This document shows, piece by piece, positions 9,399 through 18,156 of a DNA stretch of 64,000 nucleotides; the first letter of the stretch is position 1; each line of letters opens with the position of its first letter. This DNA comes from Planctomycetota bacterium (lineage in GTDB: Bacteria > Planctomycetota > UBA8108 > UBA1146), in contig JABHOG010000015.1 in the NCBI GenBank assembly GCA_018694835.1, positions 7,362 to 71,361 on the forward strand, read 5' to 3'. The position numbers and the translations under genes were made by a program. Below the pieces are notes generated by a model. It was not told the DNA's origin, searched no databases, and saw nothing but the letters and a program-made list of their open reading frames with translations.

Positions 9399-9530
9399 AT
9401 GAGACCCTTTCCTGCAGATCCCGCCCGGAGTGGATGATCTATCGATCCAGTTCGCCGGGAGCGTTTGATCTGTGTCACTGCTCCACTATAAAATGCCCGT
9501 GCCAGAAGACGAACCTTTTCTTGACCAGGA

Positions 9531-11276
9531 ATGAGGACCAGAGTGCGGCTATTCAGGGAACAGATCGCTCAGCGTGCCGGGGCCATCCTCGATCTCGATG
9601 CGTCCCACTTGGCGGACGCCATCTCCGACCCTCCCTCCCAGGAGCTCGGGGACCTGTCACTACCCTGCTTTCAGTTGGCAGGTCCACTGAAGAAAGCGCC
9701 CGCGGCGATCGCCACTCAACTGGCGGCAGCCCAATGGGATTTCCCCTGGATCGAAGGAGTCGACACCGCCGGGCCTTATCTCAATTTCAAACTGCGACGC
9801 GACCATTTTGCAAGACTCGCACTGGAGCGCGTTGAGCAAGGCGGGGAACAATGGGGCGCCGGTCAGAGCGGTGCCGGGAAAAGGGTACTGGTCGAGTATT
9901 CTTCTCCCAATATCGCCAAGCATCTGGCCGTTCATCACCTGCGCTCGACGATGCTTGGACAGGCGATGGCCAATTTGCTCCGCTGTGCCGGTCACGAGGT
10001 GATCAGTTGGAATCACCTGGGCGACTGGGGGACCGGCTTTGGCAAGCTTTTGGCCTGCTGGGATCAATTCCGTGACACCGACAATCTCGACGATCCTCCG
10101 CTCGAATCGCGTGAAGATCCAGTCAGCGATCTGAATGCTCTCTATGTCCAGTTCAATCAGGCGAGCGAATCGGATCCACAACTCGATTCATTGGCTCGCG
10201 ACTGGTTTCGTAAACTGGAATCGGGAGATCCACATGCGGTCGAGCGGTGGCAGAGAATCCGTTCTGTGTCGCTGGATAAGTTCGATACGATTTACCAGCG
10301 TCTGGGGGTTCACTTCGACGAAACCGTCGGTGAATCGCATTATCAGGACGCGATGCTGGAGATGGTCGATCAGTTAAAGGGCGCAGGCATCCTCGAGCAG
10401 AGTGACGGTGCGGATGTCGTGCGGCTCTCGGAGGAGATCCCTCCGATGTTGATCCGCAAACAAGACGGAGCAACCCTATATGGCACACGAGATCTGGCCA
10501 GCGCGGTTCTACGGCACCAGATGTTCCCCTTCGATCGCTGCCTCTACGTGGTCGACGCTGGGCAAGGACTTCATTTCCGTCAGGTCTTCGGTGTTTTGAA
10601 ACTACTCGGGTACAGTTGGGCGGACCAACTGGAACACGCAGAATTTGGAGTCATGCGGTTGCAGGTCGACGGCGCATGGAAGAAGGGGAAAACTCGAGGT
10701 GGCCAGGTGGTCCTGCTCGAAGACGTACTGGAGCAATCGGTCCAGCTCGCCTCCGACAAAGTTCGAGCCAAGAATCCAGATCTCGACGATGATCAGGTGG
10801 CACAGATCTCAGAGGCGGTAGGGGTCGGTGCGGTGATCTTCAGCGACATGAAATCCGCACGCCGAAAAGATGTTAACTTTGATCTGGATAAGATCCTCTC
10901 TTTTGACGGGGAGACCGGACCATACCTTCAATACACCCATGTCAGATTTTGCAGCATATTGCGCAAGGCGAGCCCACTGAAGCTGGTGAGTGGTGGTGGA
11001 GAGCGCTTGGTCGAAGCGGAAGAGTTGGTGCTGCTGAAACGAATCCTGAGATTTCCAGAGGTCATCGCGCGTGCAGCCCGGGATGCGGAACCGTCACACC
11101 TGTCGCAGTATCTGCTCGAGCTGGCGGGAGAGTTCAATACCTACTACGCACAGCACCGGGTCATCAGCGACGATGCGCAACTGAGTGGCGATCGCTTGGC
11201 ACTGGTCGAGGCGTTGCGGCGGACCCTGGGAAGAGGTCTGAAACTGCTCTGCGTACAGCCTCTTGAGCGGATGTGA
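9531..11276 (+). CDS. argS: Arginine--tRNA ligase
   Basis: VEYSSPNIAKHLAVHHLRST (HIGH-like), NHLGDWG, GETGPYLQYTHVR, C-terminal LERM. Confidence 0.97.
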   Translation: MRTRVRLFREQIAQRAGAILDLDASHLADAISDPPSQELGDLSLPCFQLAGPLKKAPAAIATQLAAAQWDFPWIEGVDTAGPYLNFKLRRDHFARLALERVEQGGEQWGAGQSGAGKRVLVEYSSPNIAKHLAVHHLRSTMLGQAMANLLRCAGHEVISWNHLGDWGTGFGKLLACWDQFRDTDNLDDPPLESREDPVSDLNALYVQFNQASESDPQLDSLARDWFRKLESGDPHAVERWQRIRSVSLDKFDTIYQRLGVHFDETVGESHYQDAMLEMVDQLKGAGILEQSDGADVVRLSEEIPPMLIRKQDGATLYGTRDLASAVLRHQMFPFDRCLYVVDAGQGLHFRQVFGVLKLLGYSWADQLEHAEFGVMRLQVDGAWKKGKTRGGQVVLLEDVLEQSVQLASDKVRAKNPDLDDDQVAQISEAVGVGAVIFSDMKSARRKDVNFDLDKILSFDGETGPYLQYTHVRFCSILRKASPLKLVSGGGERLVEAEELVLLKRILRFPEVIARAARDAEPSHLSQYLLELAGEFNTYYAQHRVISDDAQLSGDRLALVEALRRTLGRGLKLLCVQPLERM

Positions 11277-11564
11277 TCAGAGCAATTCCAGCAATTGCAG
11301 GTTGATCCATGCCAATCGACCATAGAGTTGGATCAGATTCATCCCCTCGCCGATGGTCCAGATCCACGACCAGCCGTCCTCCTGCAGGGTCATTTCATTG
11401 GGCTTTTCAGCCTCAATCGACCTCACCAGTTGCTGGTAACGGGCCAGAATCGATTCCGGGGCCGGGCGGGTTCCCTCGGTAATTAACCTATCGAGACAGT
11501 CTCGCTCCAGATCGATGGTCACTTTCATGAACTGGATCAATCGCTCTTCGGTGAGTACGGACAA
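11277..11564 (-). CDS. Small hypothetical helical protein
   Basis: 95-aa ORF with GAGGAG RBS before TTG and its own sigma70 promoter. Confidence 0.7.
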   Translation of the reverse strand: MSVLTEERLIQFMKVTIDLERDCLDRLITEGTRPAPESILARYQQLVRSIEAEKPNEMTLQEDGWSWIWTIGEGMNLIQLYGRLAWINLQLLELL

Positions 11565-11583
11565 GTGGGCCTCCTCAGGCCCC

Positions 11584-11612
11584 TGTATAGTGAGCCTTCA
11601 GGTTCGGGTCAA
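11584..11612 (-). promoter_or_regulatory. sigma70 promoter for the 95-aa ORF
   Basis: TTGACC-17 nt-TATACA on the minus strand. Confidence 0.6.
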
Positions 11613-11628
11613 CGCTACTCCAGTCTTC

Positions 11629-11657
11629 TTGCCTCAAGAGGTCATGTTTTCTAGGAT
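11629..11657 (+). promoter_or_regulatory. sigma70 promoter for the glyS operon
   Basis: TTGCCT-17 nt-TAGGAT. Confidence 0.55.
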
Positions 11658-11708
11658 GTCCGGGAAAACCGGTCACCACCGATACCGGTCCAGACCACGG
11701 GAGGTCTT

Positions 11709-13337
11709 TTGGGTAACGAAGAGCCAGCAGTGATGCAGAAGATCGTGTCGCTCTGTAAGCGACGAGGTTTTCTTTTTCAGTCCAGTGAAATCTACGGCGG
11801 AATGAATGGGTGCTGGGATTACGGCCCACTCGGAGTCGAATTGAAGCGCAATGTCAAGGAAGCATGGTGGTCAGAGATGGTGACCCATCATGATGACATC
11901 TCCGTGCCTCAGGGCGCTGCGTCAGCATACGAGATGACAGGTATCGATTGCTCCATCCTGATGCATCCTCAGGTGTGGAAATGTTCCGGTCATTACGACC
12001 TGTTCCACGACATGATGATCGACTGCAAGGATTCCAAGCGGCGCTATCGCCATGATCAAGTTCGCGGTCGTTGGGCTCTGCTCGATGACAAACGAGTTTT
12101 CGTCACGGCCATCTGTGAGCCTGAAGAAGAGTCGGAAACACTGATGGCCAGGGCCCAGAAATGTTTCGGACTCCGTGCCAAGGAACGAGATAGGATCAGC
12201 TGGGATGGTGATGTCGTTTCTCTAGAGACGGTTGAAGATTTTGATCAGGTTTTTGGGCCTGACGCCAAGGAGACGGGAACCTTGACCGAGCCGCGCGAGT
12301 TCAACCTGATGTTCAAAACTCACATGGGAGCGCTCTTCGACGAAAAGAGCGTCGCGTACCTTCGCCCCGAAACTGCTCAAGGAATCTTCGTCAACTTCAA
12401 GAACGTGGTCGATTCATCCAGAGTGAGGATCCCTTTTGGGATCGCTCAGGTCGGCAAGAGTTTCAGAAATGAAATTACTCCTCGGAACTTTACCTTCAGA
12501 GTTCGAGAGTTCGAGCAGATGGAGGTGGAGTTCTTCTGCCATCCAGATTCGTCTCAGCAATGGTACCGCTACTGGCGAGATCGTAGATTGCAGTGGTACA
12601 AGGATCTTGGCCTCTCGGAAAGCCGGTTGATTCTGAGAGAGCATTCGGAGTCTGAGTTGAGCCATTACTCGACTGGAACCGCAGACATCGAATATGCGTT
12701 CCCCTTCTTACCAGAGGGCGAATACGGCGAACTTGAAGGCATCGCACATCGTGGTGACTTCGATCTCCGCAGTCACATGGAGGGCAAGTTAAACCCGGCG
12801 ACCGATCCGTTGGAGGTGGAAGTCGACGAGAGGGGCAAACCGGTCCATCGTGGTAGCGGTAAGGATCTCAGTTACCGAGATCCCGTCACCAATGATAAAT
12901 TTTTGCCGCACGTGATTGAGCCCTCGGCCGGAGCGGATCGGGCCACCTTGGCTTTCCTCTGCGAAGCCTATACCGAGGACATGGCTCCCGACGAAAAAGG
13001 TGAGATGCAAGGGAGGGTTGTCCTCAAGTTCCATCCTCGCCTGGCACCGATCAAAGCTGCTGTTCTACCGCTGGTCAAGAAGGATGGAATGCCAGAAGCG
13101 GCACAGGAGATCTACCGCGACATGAAACGAGAATTTCCTGTGTTCTATGACAACAAAGGAGCCGTCGGGCGAAGATACCGGAGAATGGACGAGGCAGGGA
13201 CTCCCTTCTGTCTCACCGTCGATGGTCAAACCCTCGAGGATGGAACGGTGACTCTCAGGGATCGCGATTCGATGAAACAAACGCGTCTTCCGGTGGAGGA
13301 AGCCAAGCAGGCCATCCGGGAAGCCATCCGTTGCTGA
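11709..13337 (+). CDS. glyQS: Glycine--tRNA ligase, alpha2 (GlyQS-type), with insertion
   Basis: WDYGPLGVELK, YLRPETAQGIF, SFRNEITP.NF.FRVREFEQME, PHVIEPSAGADR. Confidence 0.96.
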   Translation: MGNEEPAVMQKIVSLCKRRGFLFQSSEIYGGMNGCWDYGPLGVELKRNVKEAWWSEMVTHHDDISVPQGAASAYEMTGIDCSILMHPQVWKCSGHYDLFHDMMIDCKDSKRRYRHDQVRGRWALLDDKRVFVTAICEPEEESETLMARAQKCFGLRAKERDRISWDGDVVSLETVEDFDQVFGPDAKETGTLTEPREFNLMFKTHMGALFDEKSVAYLRPETAQGIFVNFKNVVDSSRVRIPFGIAQVGKSFRNEITPRNFTFRVREFEQMEVEFFCHPDSSQQWYRYWRDRRLQWYKDLGLSESRLILREHSESELSHYSTGTADIEYAFPFLPEGEYGELEGIAHRGDFDLRSHMEGKLNPATDPLEVEVDERGKPVHRGSGKDLSYRDPVTNDKFLPHVIEPSAGADRATLAFLCEAYTEDMAPDEKGEMQGRVVLKFHPRLAPIKAAVLPLVKKDGMPEAAQEIYRDMKREFPVFYDNKGAVGRRYRRMDEAGTPFCLTVDGQTLEDGTVTLRDRDSMKQTRLPVEEAKQAIREAIRC

Positions 13338-14680
13338 GCCCTTTCCTGGTCATCCTTCTACTTTTGCCGTTCCCTGCCGATCGAGGTCTCGACAAACTGA
13401 TCGATGAGTCCGATACCCAGGGAACCATCTCGCGTATCCAGCAGTTGGTTGCTGAGCAACAGATTCGGTCACTGTCAGTGATTGCGAATGCGATCGGCAT
13501 GGTTGAGGCCACACCTGAAGGACAATGGCACCACGTCGATCGTTATCGAGTATTCACGGGTGCCATCCGCGCTCTCACCACGTTACCCGGTCAGAAACTC
13601 GCAAAGGAAATCCCCAAGGTGATGGGGAAATGCAAGCAATGGCCTTCTCGGGTCTTCCTGCTGGAACTTTCGCTTCAATCGGATCTTGTGGATTCGGTTC
13701 AGCTGGCGCTCAAGAACGTCGATGACAGGTCTCCTCAAGTGGCACGAGTGGCGGCGCGCATTCTCGGCCATAGCCAGGAGATTGTCGCTCTCGAACCGCT
13801 GATCTCTGCGATGACTCGCTGGGAAGAAACGCGAACACGAGAAAGTGCCGCTCGTGGAGGCCGAGAAGGTCTCTCGAAGCGAGCGCGAGATCGAGCCTGG
13901 CTCTCCTGCCGAGATGCGCTGCATCGCCTCACAGGACTCTCTCTCCACGGTGCGATCCCTTACAAGAACTGGATCGCTGCTCACCGAGATGAGATCGATC
14001 CTTCGAAAGTAGATCTCGACAAAGTCGTCGAAAAATCGACGGGTGTCGGGTTGTTCGGCCTGGAGTTGACCGGCAAAAACATCGCATTCATTTTGGATGT
14101 GTCCGGATCGATGCTGGCGACAGACCCCCCGTCAGATGAAGCGATCGAGATCGCTCGTAGGAGTACTGGAGTGGGGGATAATGTCGATCAAAAACTACGG
14201 GAGTTGATGGAGAAGCGTCGTCGTATCATTCGCGCTCGTACACAATTGTGTCAGGCGATCGAGGGATTGGGTGACGAACGCCGGTTCACGGTGATTCCCT
14301 TCTCCTCCGAGGTGAATCCGTGGAGCAAGGTCCTGCTCGAATCTTCTCGCAAGAATCGTAAGTCTGCGGTTCAGTTTGTCCAGTCGCTCAAGGCGAGCGG
14401 AATTACTGTGACTGACGAGGCGCTGGCACTGGCACTTTCTGATCCCACTCTGGATACCATTTACCTGATCACGGATGGAGCTCCTACTCACATCGGGAGT
14501 CAAGGTGACCAGTTGCCGCTTGATGCAAAAGTGCTGATGAAACGAATCGTCGAGGAAACTCGTGCATTGAACCACTTACGTGGGATTCGAATCTTCACCC
14601 TCGGATTTATCGATGCCGAGGAGGATTTCTTGAAGAGACTTGCGCAAGATAACTCTGGAAAATACGTCAGAATACGCTGA
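13331..14680 (+). CDS. Exported HEAT-repeat + von Willebrand A domain protein
   Basis: Signal-like N-terminus, HEAT-like helices (DDRSPQVARVAARILG), MIDAS FILDVSGSM and IYLITDG. Confidence 0.85.
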   Translation: MLSPFLVILLLLPFPADRGLDKLIDESDTQGTISRIQQLVAEQQIRSLSVIANAIGMVEATPEGQWHHVDRYRVFTGAIRALTTLPGQKLAKEIPKVMGKCKQWPSRVFLLELSLQSDLVDSVQLALKNVDDRSPQVARVAARILGHSQEIVALEPLISAMTRWEETRTRESAARGGREGLSKRARDRAWLSCRDALHRLTGLSLHGAIPYKNWIAAHRDEIDPSKVDLDKVVEKSTGVGLFGLELTGKNIAFILDVSGSMLATDPPSDEAIEIARRSTGVGDNVDQKLRELMEKRRRIIRARTQLCQAIEGLGDERRFTVIPFSSEVNPWSKVLLESSRKNRKSAVQFVQSLKASGITVTDEALALALSDPTLDTIYLITDGAPTHIGSQGDQLPLDAKVLMKRIVEETRALNHLRGIRIFTLGFIDAEEDFLKRLAQDNSGKYVRIR

Positions 14681-14699
14681 TATCGAAAGTTGGTTTTCT

Positions 14700-15986
14700 T
14701 TGTCCAGGGAAGTCGTGATAGTCGATGGTGCGAGAACTCCATTCGTCCGAGCAGGCGAGGATCTCCGCAGTGTTCCCGTCGATGAACTGGCGCGCAGTTG
14801 TACCCGAGGCCTGCTGGATCGAGTTCCGTTCGATTCCACTCATGTCGATGAACTGATTCTTGGATGTGTCGCACAGCCACCCAATTGTGCCAATCCGGCA
14901 CGTGCCGTGGCATTGCGCTCAGGACTCGATGAGAGCACACCGGCACATACCGTTTCGAGGAACTGTGCCAGTGGAATGCAGGCCATTTCCGATGCCTACG
15001 ATAGAATCCGTGTCGGTGCATCCGATACGGTGCTGGCTGGCGGAGCGGAATCGATGAGTCAGATTCCCATCCTGTTCCCTCTCTCCTTTGGCTTCAAACT
15101 CTCCTCTCTATCGCGAGCAAGAAACTTCGCCGAGAAATTGGCGGGTATCTTTCACTTCAAGTTTGCCGATCTCAAACCACGAATCGGCTTGCTCGAGGGG
15201 TTACGGGATCCGTTCAGCGGAGAAATGATGGGGGACACCGCCGAGAGACTCGCCCGTGAATGGGGCATTTCCCGAGCGGACCAGGATCTCTACGCGCTGG
15301 AGAGTCATCGGAAAGCGGTAGCGGCAGAGGAAACGCTCCAGCGAGAGATCAATGCTCTGGCGGTCCCACCGCGCCTCGACCGAGTGGTTCGACATGATGT
15401 GGGACCTCGGCCCGGTGCAAAACTTGAAAAAATGGCGCGGATGAAGCCATATTTTGACCGCAAGATGGGTTCCGTCACCATTGCCAATTCCTGTGGCATT
15501 ACAGATGGTGCAGCGATGTTGCTGCTGATGGAATCGGCGCAGGCAAAGAGCCTGGGGCTAAAACCAGTCGCACGAATTCTCGGCAGTGCATTTGTCGGCT
15601 GTGATCCCCTACGGATGGGACTGGGCCCAGTGCATGCCATGGCGGCTCTTCTCAAAGATCACGACCTGGAACTGGCTGACATCGATCGAGTTGAACTGAA
15701 TGAGGCGTTCGCGGCCCAGGTCCTGGCGTGTCAGGCGGCGCTGGCGAGTGATCAATACTCCAGAGAAGTGGGTTTTTCGAAGACTCCCGGAGCCATCGAT
15801 TCCGATCGTCTCAACGTTTTCGGCGGGGCCATCGCTCTGGGACATCCGGTCGGAGCGACCGGCGCCCGTTTGATCCTGACGCTGGCACGACAACTCCATG
15901 CGGCCGGAGGTGGTCATGGAATCGCCACCATGTGTATCGGAGGAGGTCAGGGAGGAGCAGTGCTGATCGAAGGGATCCCATCATGA
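14700..15986 (+). CDS. fadI: Acetyl-CoA C-acyltransferase (FadI-like thiolase); start TTG 14700 or 14640
   Basis: RTPF, NCASG, ELNEAFAAQ, GHPVGATG and TMCIGGGQG catalytic motifs; coupled to fadJ. Confidence 0.88.
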   Translation: MSREVVIVDGARTPFVRAGEDLRSVPVDELARSCTRGLLDRVPFDSTHVDELILGCVAQPPNCANPARAVALRSGLDESTPAHTVSRNCASGMQAISDAYDRIRVGASDTVLAGGAESMSQIPILFPLSFGFKLSSLSRARNFAEKLAGIFHFKFADLKPRIGLLEGLRDPFSGEMMGDTAERLAREWGISRADQDLYALESHRKAVAAEETLQREINALAVPPRLDRVVRHDVGPRPGAKLEKMARMKPYFDRKMGSVTIANSCGITDGAAMLLLMESAQAKSLGLKPVARILGSAFVGCDPLRMGLGPVHAMAALLKDHDLELADIDRVELNEAFAAQVLACQAALASDQYSREVGFSKTPGAIDSDRLNVFGGAIALGHPVGATGARLILTLARQLHAAGGGHGIATMCIGGGQGGAVLIEGIPS

Positions 15987-18151
15987 GCCAGTGGAAATTG
16001 ATTCGTTCCTCCAGTTGGAACCAGGCAATACCTGATCCCGATCCGACCGGACGCTGGCTTCACCTCATCATCGATGCCGAGAGTAGCGCCAACGTTCTCT
16101 CACAGACGGTTCTCGAGGACCTGTCACAGCGACTGGATCAAGTCCCTGAATTCGCGGGAGTCGAGGCTCTGATCATCTCCAGCGCGAAGAACGGACACTT
16201 CATCGCCGGAGCAGATGTTAAAGCCATCGGTTCGGCCAAGAATGTCGATCAGGTCAACGATGCGTGCCGCTCGGCTCAGGACCTCTTCGGCCGTCTCAGT
16301 CGCCTTTCCATCCCTTCGATTGCGGTGATCCATGGCACATGCCTTGGCGGCGGGCTGGAACTCTCACTCGGCTGTACGGCTCGGATTGCCATCGAGGATC
16401 CGCGCACCAGAATCGGCCTGCCCGAGGTCAACCTTGGGATCATTCCTGGTTTCGGAGGGACGGTCCGGATGACCCGGCTACTTGGCCTCAGGGGTGCATT
16501 GGGTTGGATCCTCCCCGCCAGCAGGCTTCCCGCCAAGGTCGCTCATCGCAAGGGTGTGGTCGATGCATCGGTTCCGGTCGAGGGATTCCGCACGCTGTCA
16601 CTGCAGTTAATCGAAAAGATGGTGGCAGATCGTTTTCGCAAGGTGAAAGCTCAGCGAAAAAAGCGTCGCAAGGGGCTGATCTCCTACTTCCTCGATCAAA
16701 CCGCACTGGGTCGGAGCATCGTCTGTCGCCAGGCAACGAAATCAGTGCGAGCCCGTACACTCGGTCACATGCCCGCTCCAGAACGCGCCATCGAAGTGGC
16801 GCGGTTGAGTGCCCATCTCTCAGAGAAAATGGCACTGGTCGAGGAAGCCAAAGCTGTTTCGAGGCTGGCGACGGGCCCCGTTTGTCGAAATCTCGTGTCG
16901 ATCTTTCAGGATTCAGAAAGAGTGCGCCGTGGAGTCGAGGGCCAACCTGAAGGTGTGTGGCCCGATGCGAAACAACTGATTGTCCTCGGTGCCGGAGTGA
17001 TGGGATCGGGCGTAGCGACGATGGCGATCGAGAAATCGATTTCTACGCGACTGAGAGACATCTCGGAGGATGCCATCGACCAGGGGCTGAAAAAGATCGG
17101 CGATGCGGTCGATAGCCGACGAAAAAAGCGCAGGATCACCACCTATCAGCAAGCAGAGATCCTCTCGCGACTGAGTCATGGCAAGGAGTTGGTAGGCCTG
17201 GAGAGGTGTGGTGGGGTACTGGAAGCGGTAGTCGAGAGACTCGACGTCAAGCGGTCAGTCCTGGCAGAAATCGCTCCTCTACTGGCCAAGGATGCCATCT
17301 TCGCGACCAATACTTCCGCTCTCAGTGTCACCGCAATCCAGAAGGACAGTCCGGTGGCCGATCGCGTGGTGGGCCTACATTTCTTCAACCCTGTTCCCAA
17401 GATGCCACTGGTCGAAGTCATTCCTGGGGAGTTCACCGATCCTCAGGTGGTGGGAATCGCACTGTCGCTGGCTCGTAAGCTGGGGAAGTACCCTGTGATC
17501 GTCAAGGATTCACCAGGATTCCTTGTCAATCGTCTGTTGCTACCCTATTTGGATGCCGCCTCACGTTTACTGCTGAAGGGCTTGAGTGGATCGCACATCG
17601 ATGAGGTGGCTCGTGCTCACGGGCTGCCGATGGGTCCTTTTCGCCTGATGGATGAGGTGGGTCTGGACATCGGTGTCGAGGTGCAGGAAACACTACACTC
17701 CGCCTTTGGAGATCGTGCCGCATCGTCTCCCATCCTCTTGAAGATGGTCCAAAAAGGGTGGCTCGGGAAAAAATCTGGCATCGGTTTCTACCACCATCGT
17801 GGCAAGAGTTCGACCTGGAATCGTCAACTCGACCCGATGGTTCAAGCGAGTCCATCGACACTGCCTCCGGCACAAATCATCTCCAGTTTGCTCGATCCGA
17901 TGGTCGATGAAGCCGCTCGCTGCCTCGAGGAGAAAGTGGTTGCCGACGCGGGCCTACTCGACCTGGCCATGGTGATGGGGACCGGTTATCCACCACACCT
18001 CGGAGGACCTCTTCGTGCTGCCGATGCCGAAGGTCTCTCCGCCATCGAAAAGAGGCTTCGCGCAGCCCACGAGAGTGGTGCTGCACGAAGCCCCTGTAAT
18101 TTATTGGTCGATCTGGCAAGCAGGAACGAACGGTTTCATACCCATTCCTGA
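15983..18151 (+). CDS. fadJ: Fatty-acid oxidation complex alpha subunit (enoyl-CoA hydratase / 3-hydroxyacyl-CoA dehydrogenase)
   Basis: FIAGAD, CLGGGLE, GLPEVNLGIIPGFGGT, VLGAGVMGSG, GLHFFNP; ATGA overlap with fadI. Confidence 0.9.
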   Translation: MSQWKLIRSSSWNQAIPDPDPTGRWLHLIIDAESSANVLSQTVLEDLSQRLDQVPEFAGVEALIISSAKNGHFIAGADVKAIGSAKNVDQVNDACRSAQDLFGRLSRLSIPSIAVIHGTCLGGGLELSLGCTARIAIEDPRTRIGLPEVNLGIIPGFGGTVRMTRLLGLRGALGWILPASRLPAKVAHRKGVVDASVPVEGFRTLSLQLIEKMVADRFRKVKAQRKKRRKGLISYFLDQTALGRSIVCRQATKSVRARTLGHMPAPERAIEVARLSAHLSEKMALVEEAKAVSRLATGPVCRNLVSIFQDSERVRRGVEGQPEGVWPDAKQLIVLGAGVMGSGVATMAIEKSISTRLRDISEDAIDQGLKKIGDAVDSRRKKRRITTYQQAEILSRLSHGKELVGLERCGGVLEAVVERLDVKRSVLAEIAPLLAKDAIFATNTSALSVTAIQKDSPVADRVVGLHFFNPVPKMPLVEVIPGEFTDPQVVGIALSLARKLGKYPVIVKDSPGFLVNRLLLPYLDAASRLLLKGLSGSHIDEVARAHGLPMGPFRLMDEVGLDIGVEVQETLHSAFGDRAASSPILLKMVQKGWLGKKSGIGFYHHRGKSSTWNRQLDPMVQASPSTLPPAQIISSLLDPMVDEAARCLEEKVVADAGLLDLAMVMGTGYPPHLGGPLRAADAEGLSAIEKRLRAAHESGAARSPCNLLVDLASRNERFHTHS

Positions 18152-18156
18152 GAGGA

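Noticed and set aside
9488-9503. sigma54-like TGGCACG on the minus strand upstream of the 9024-9398 ORF
   Set aside because: The -12 element reads TTTTA rather than TTGC, and it overlaps the likely argS -10 box
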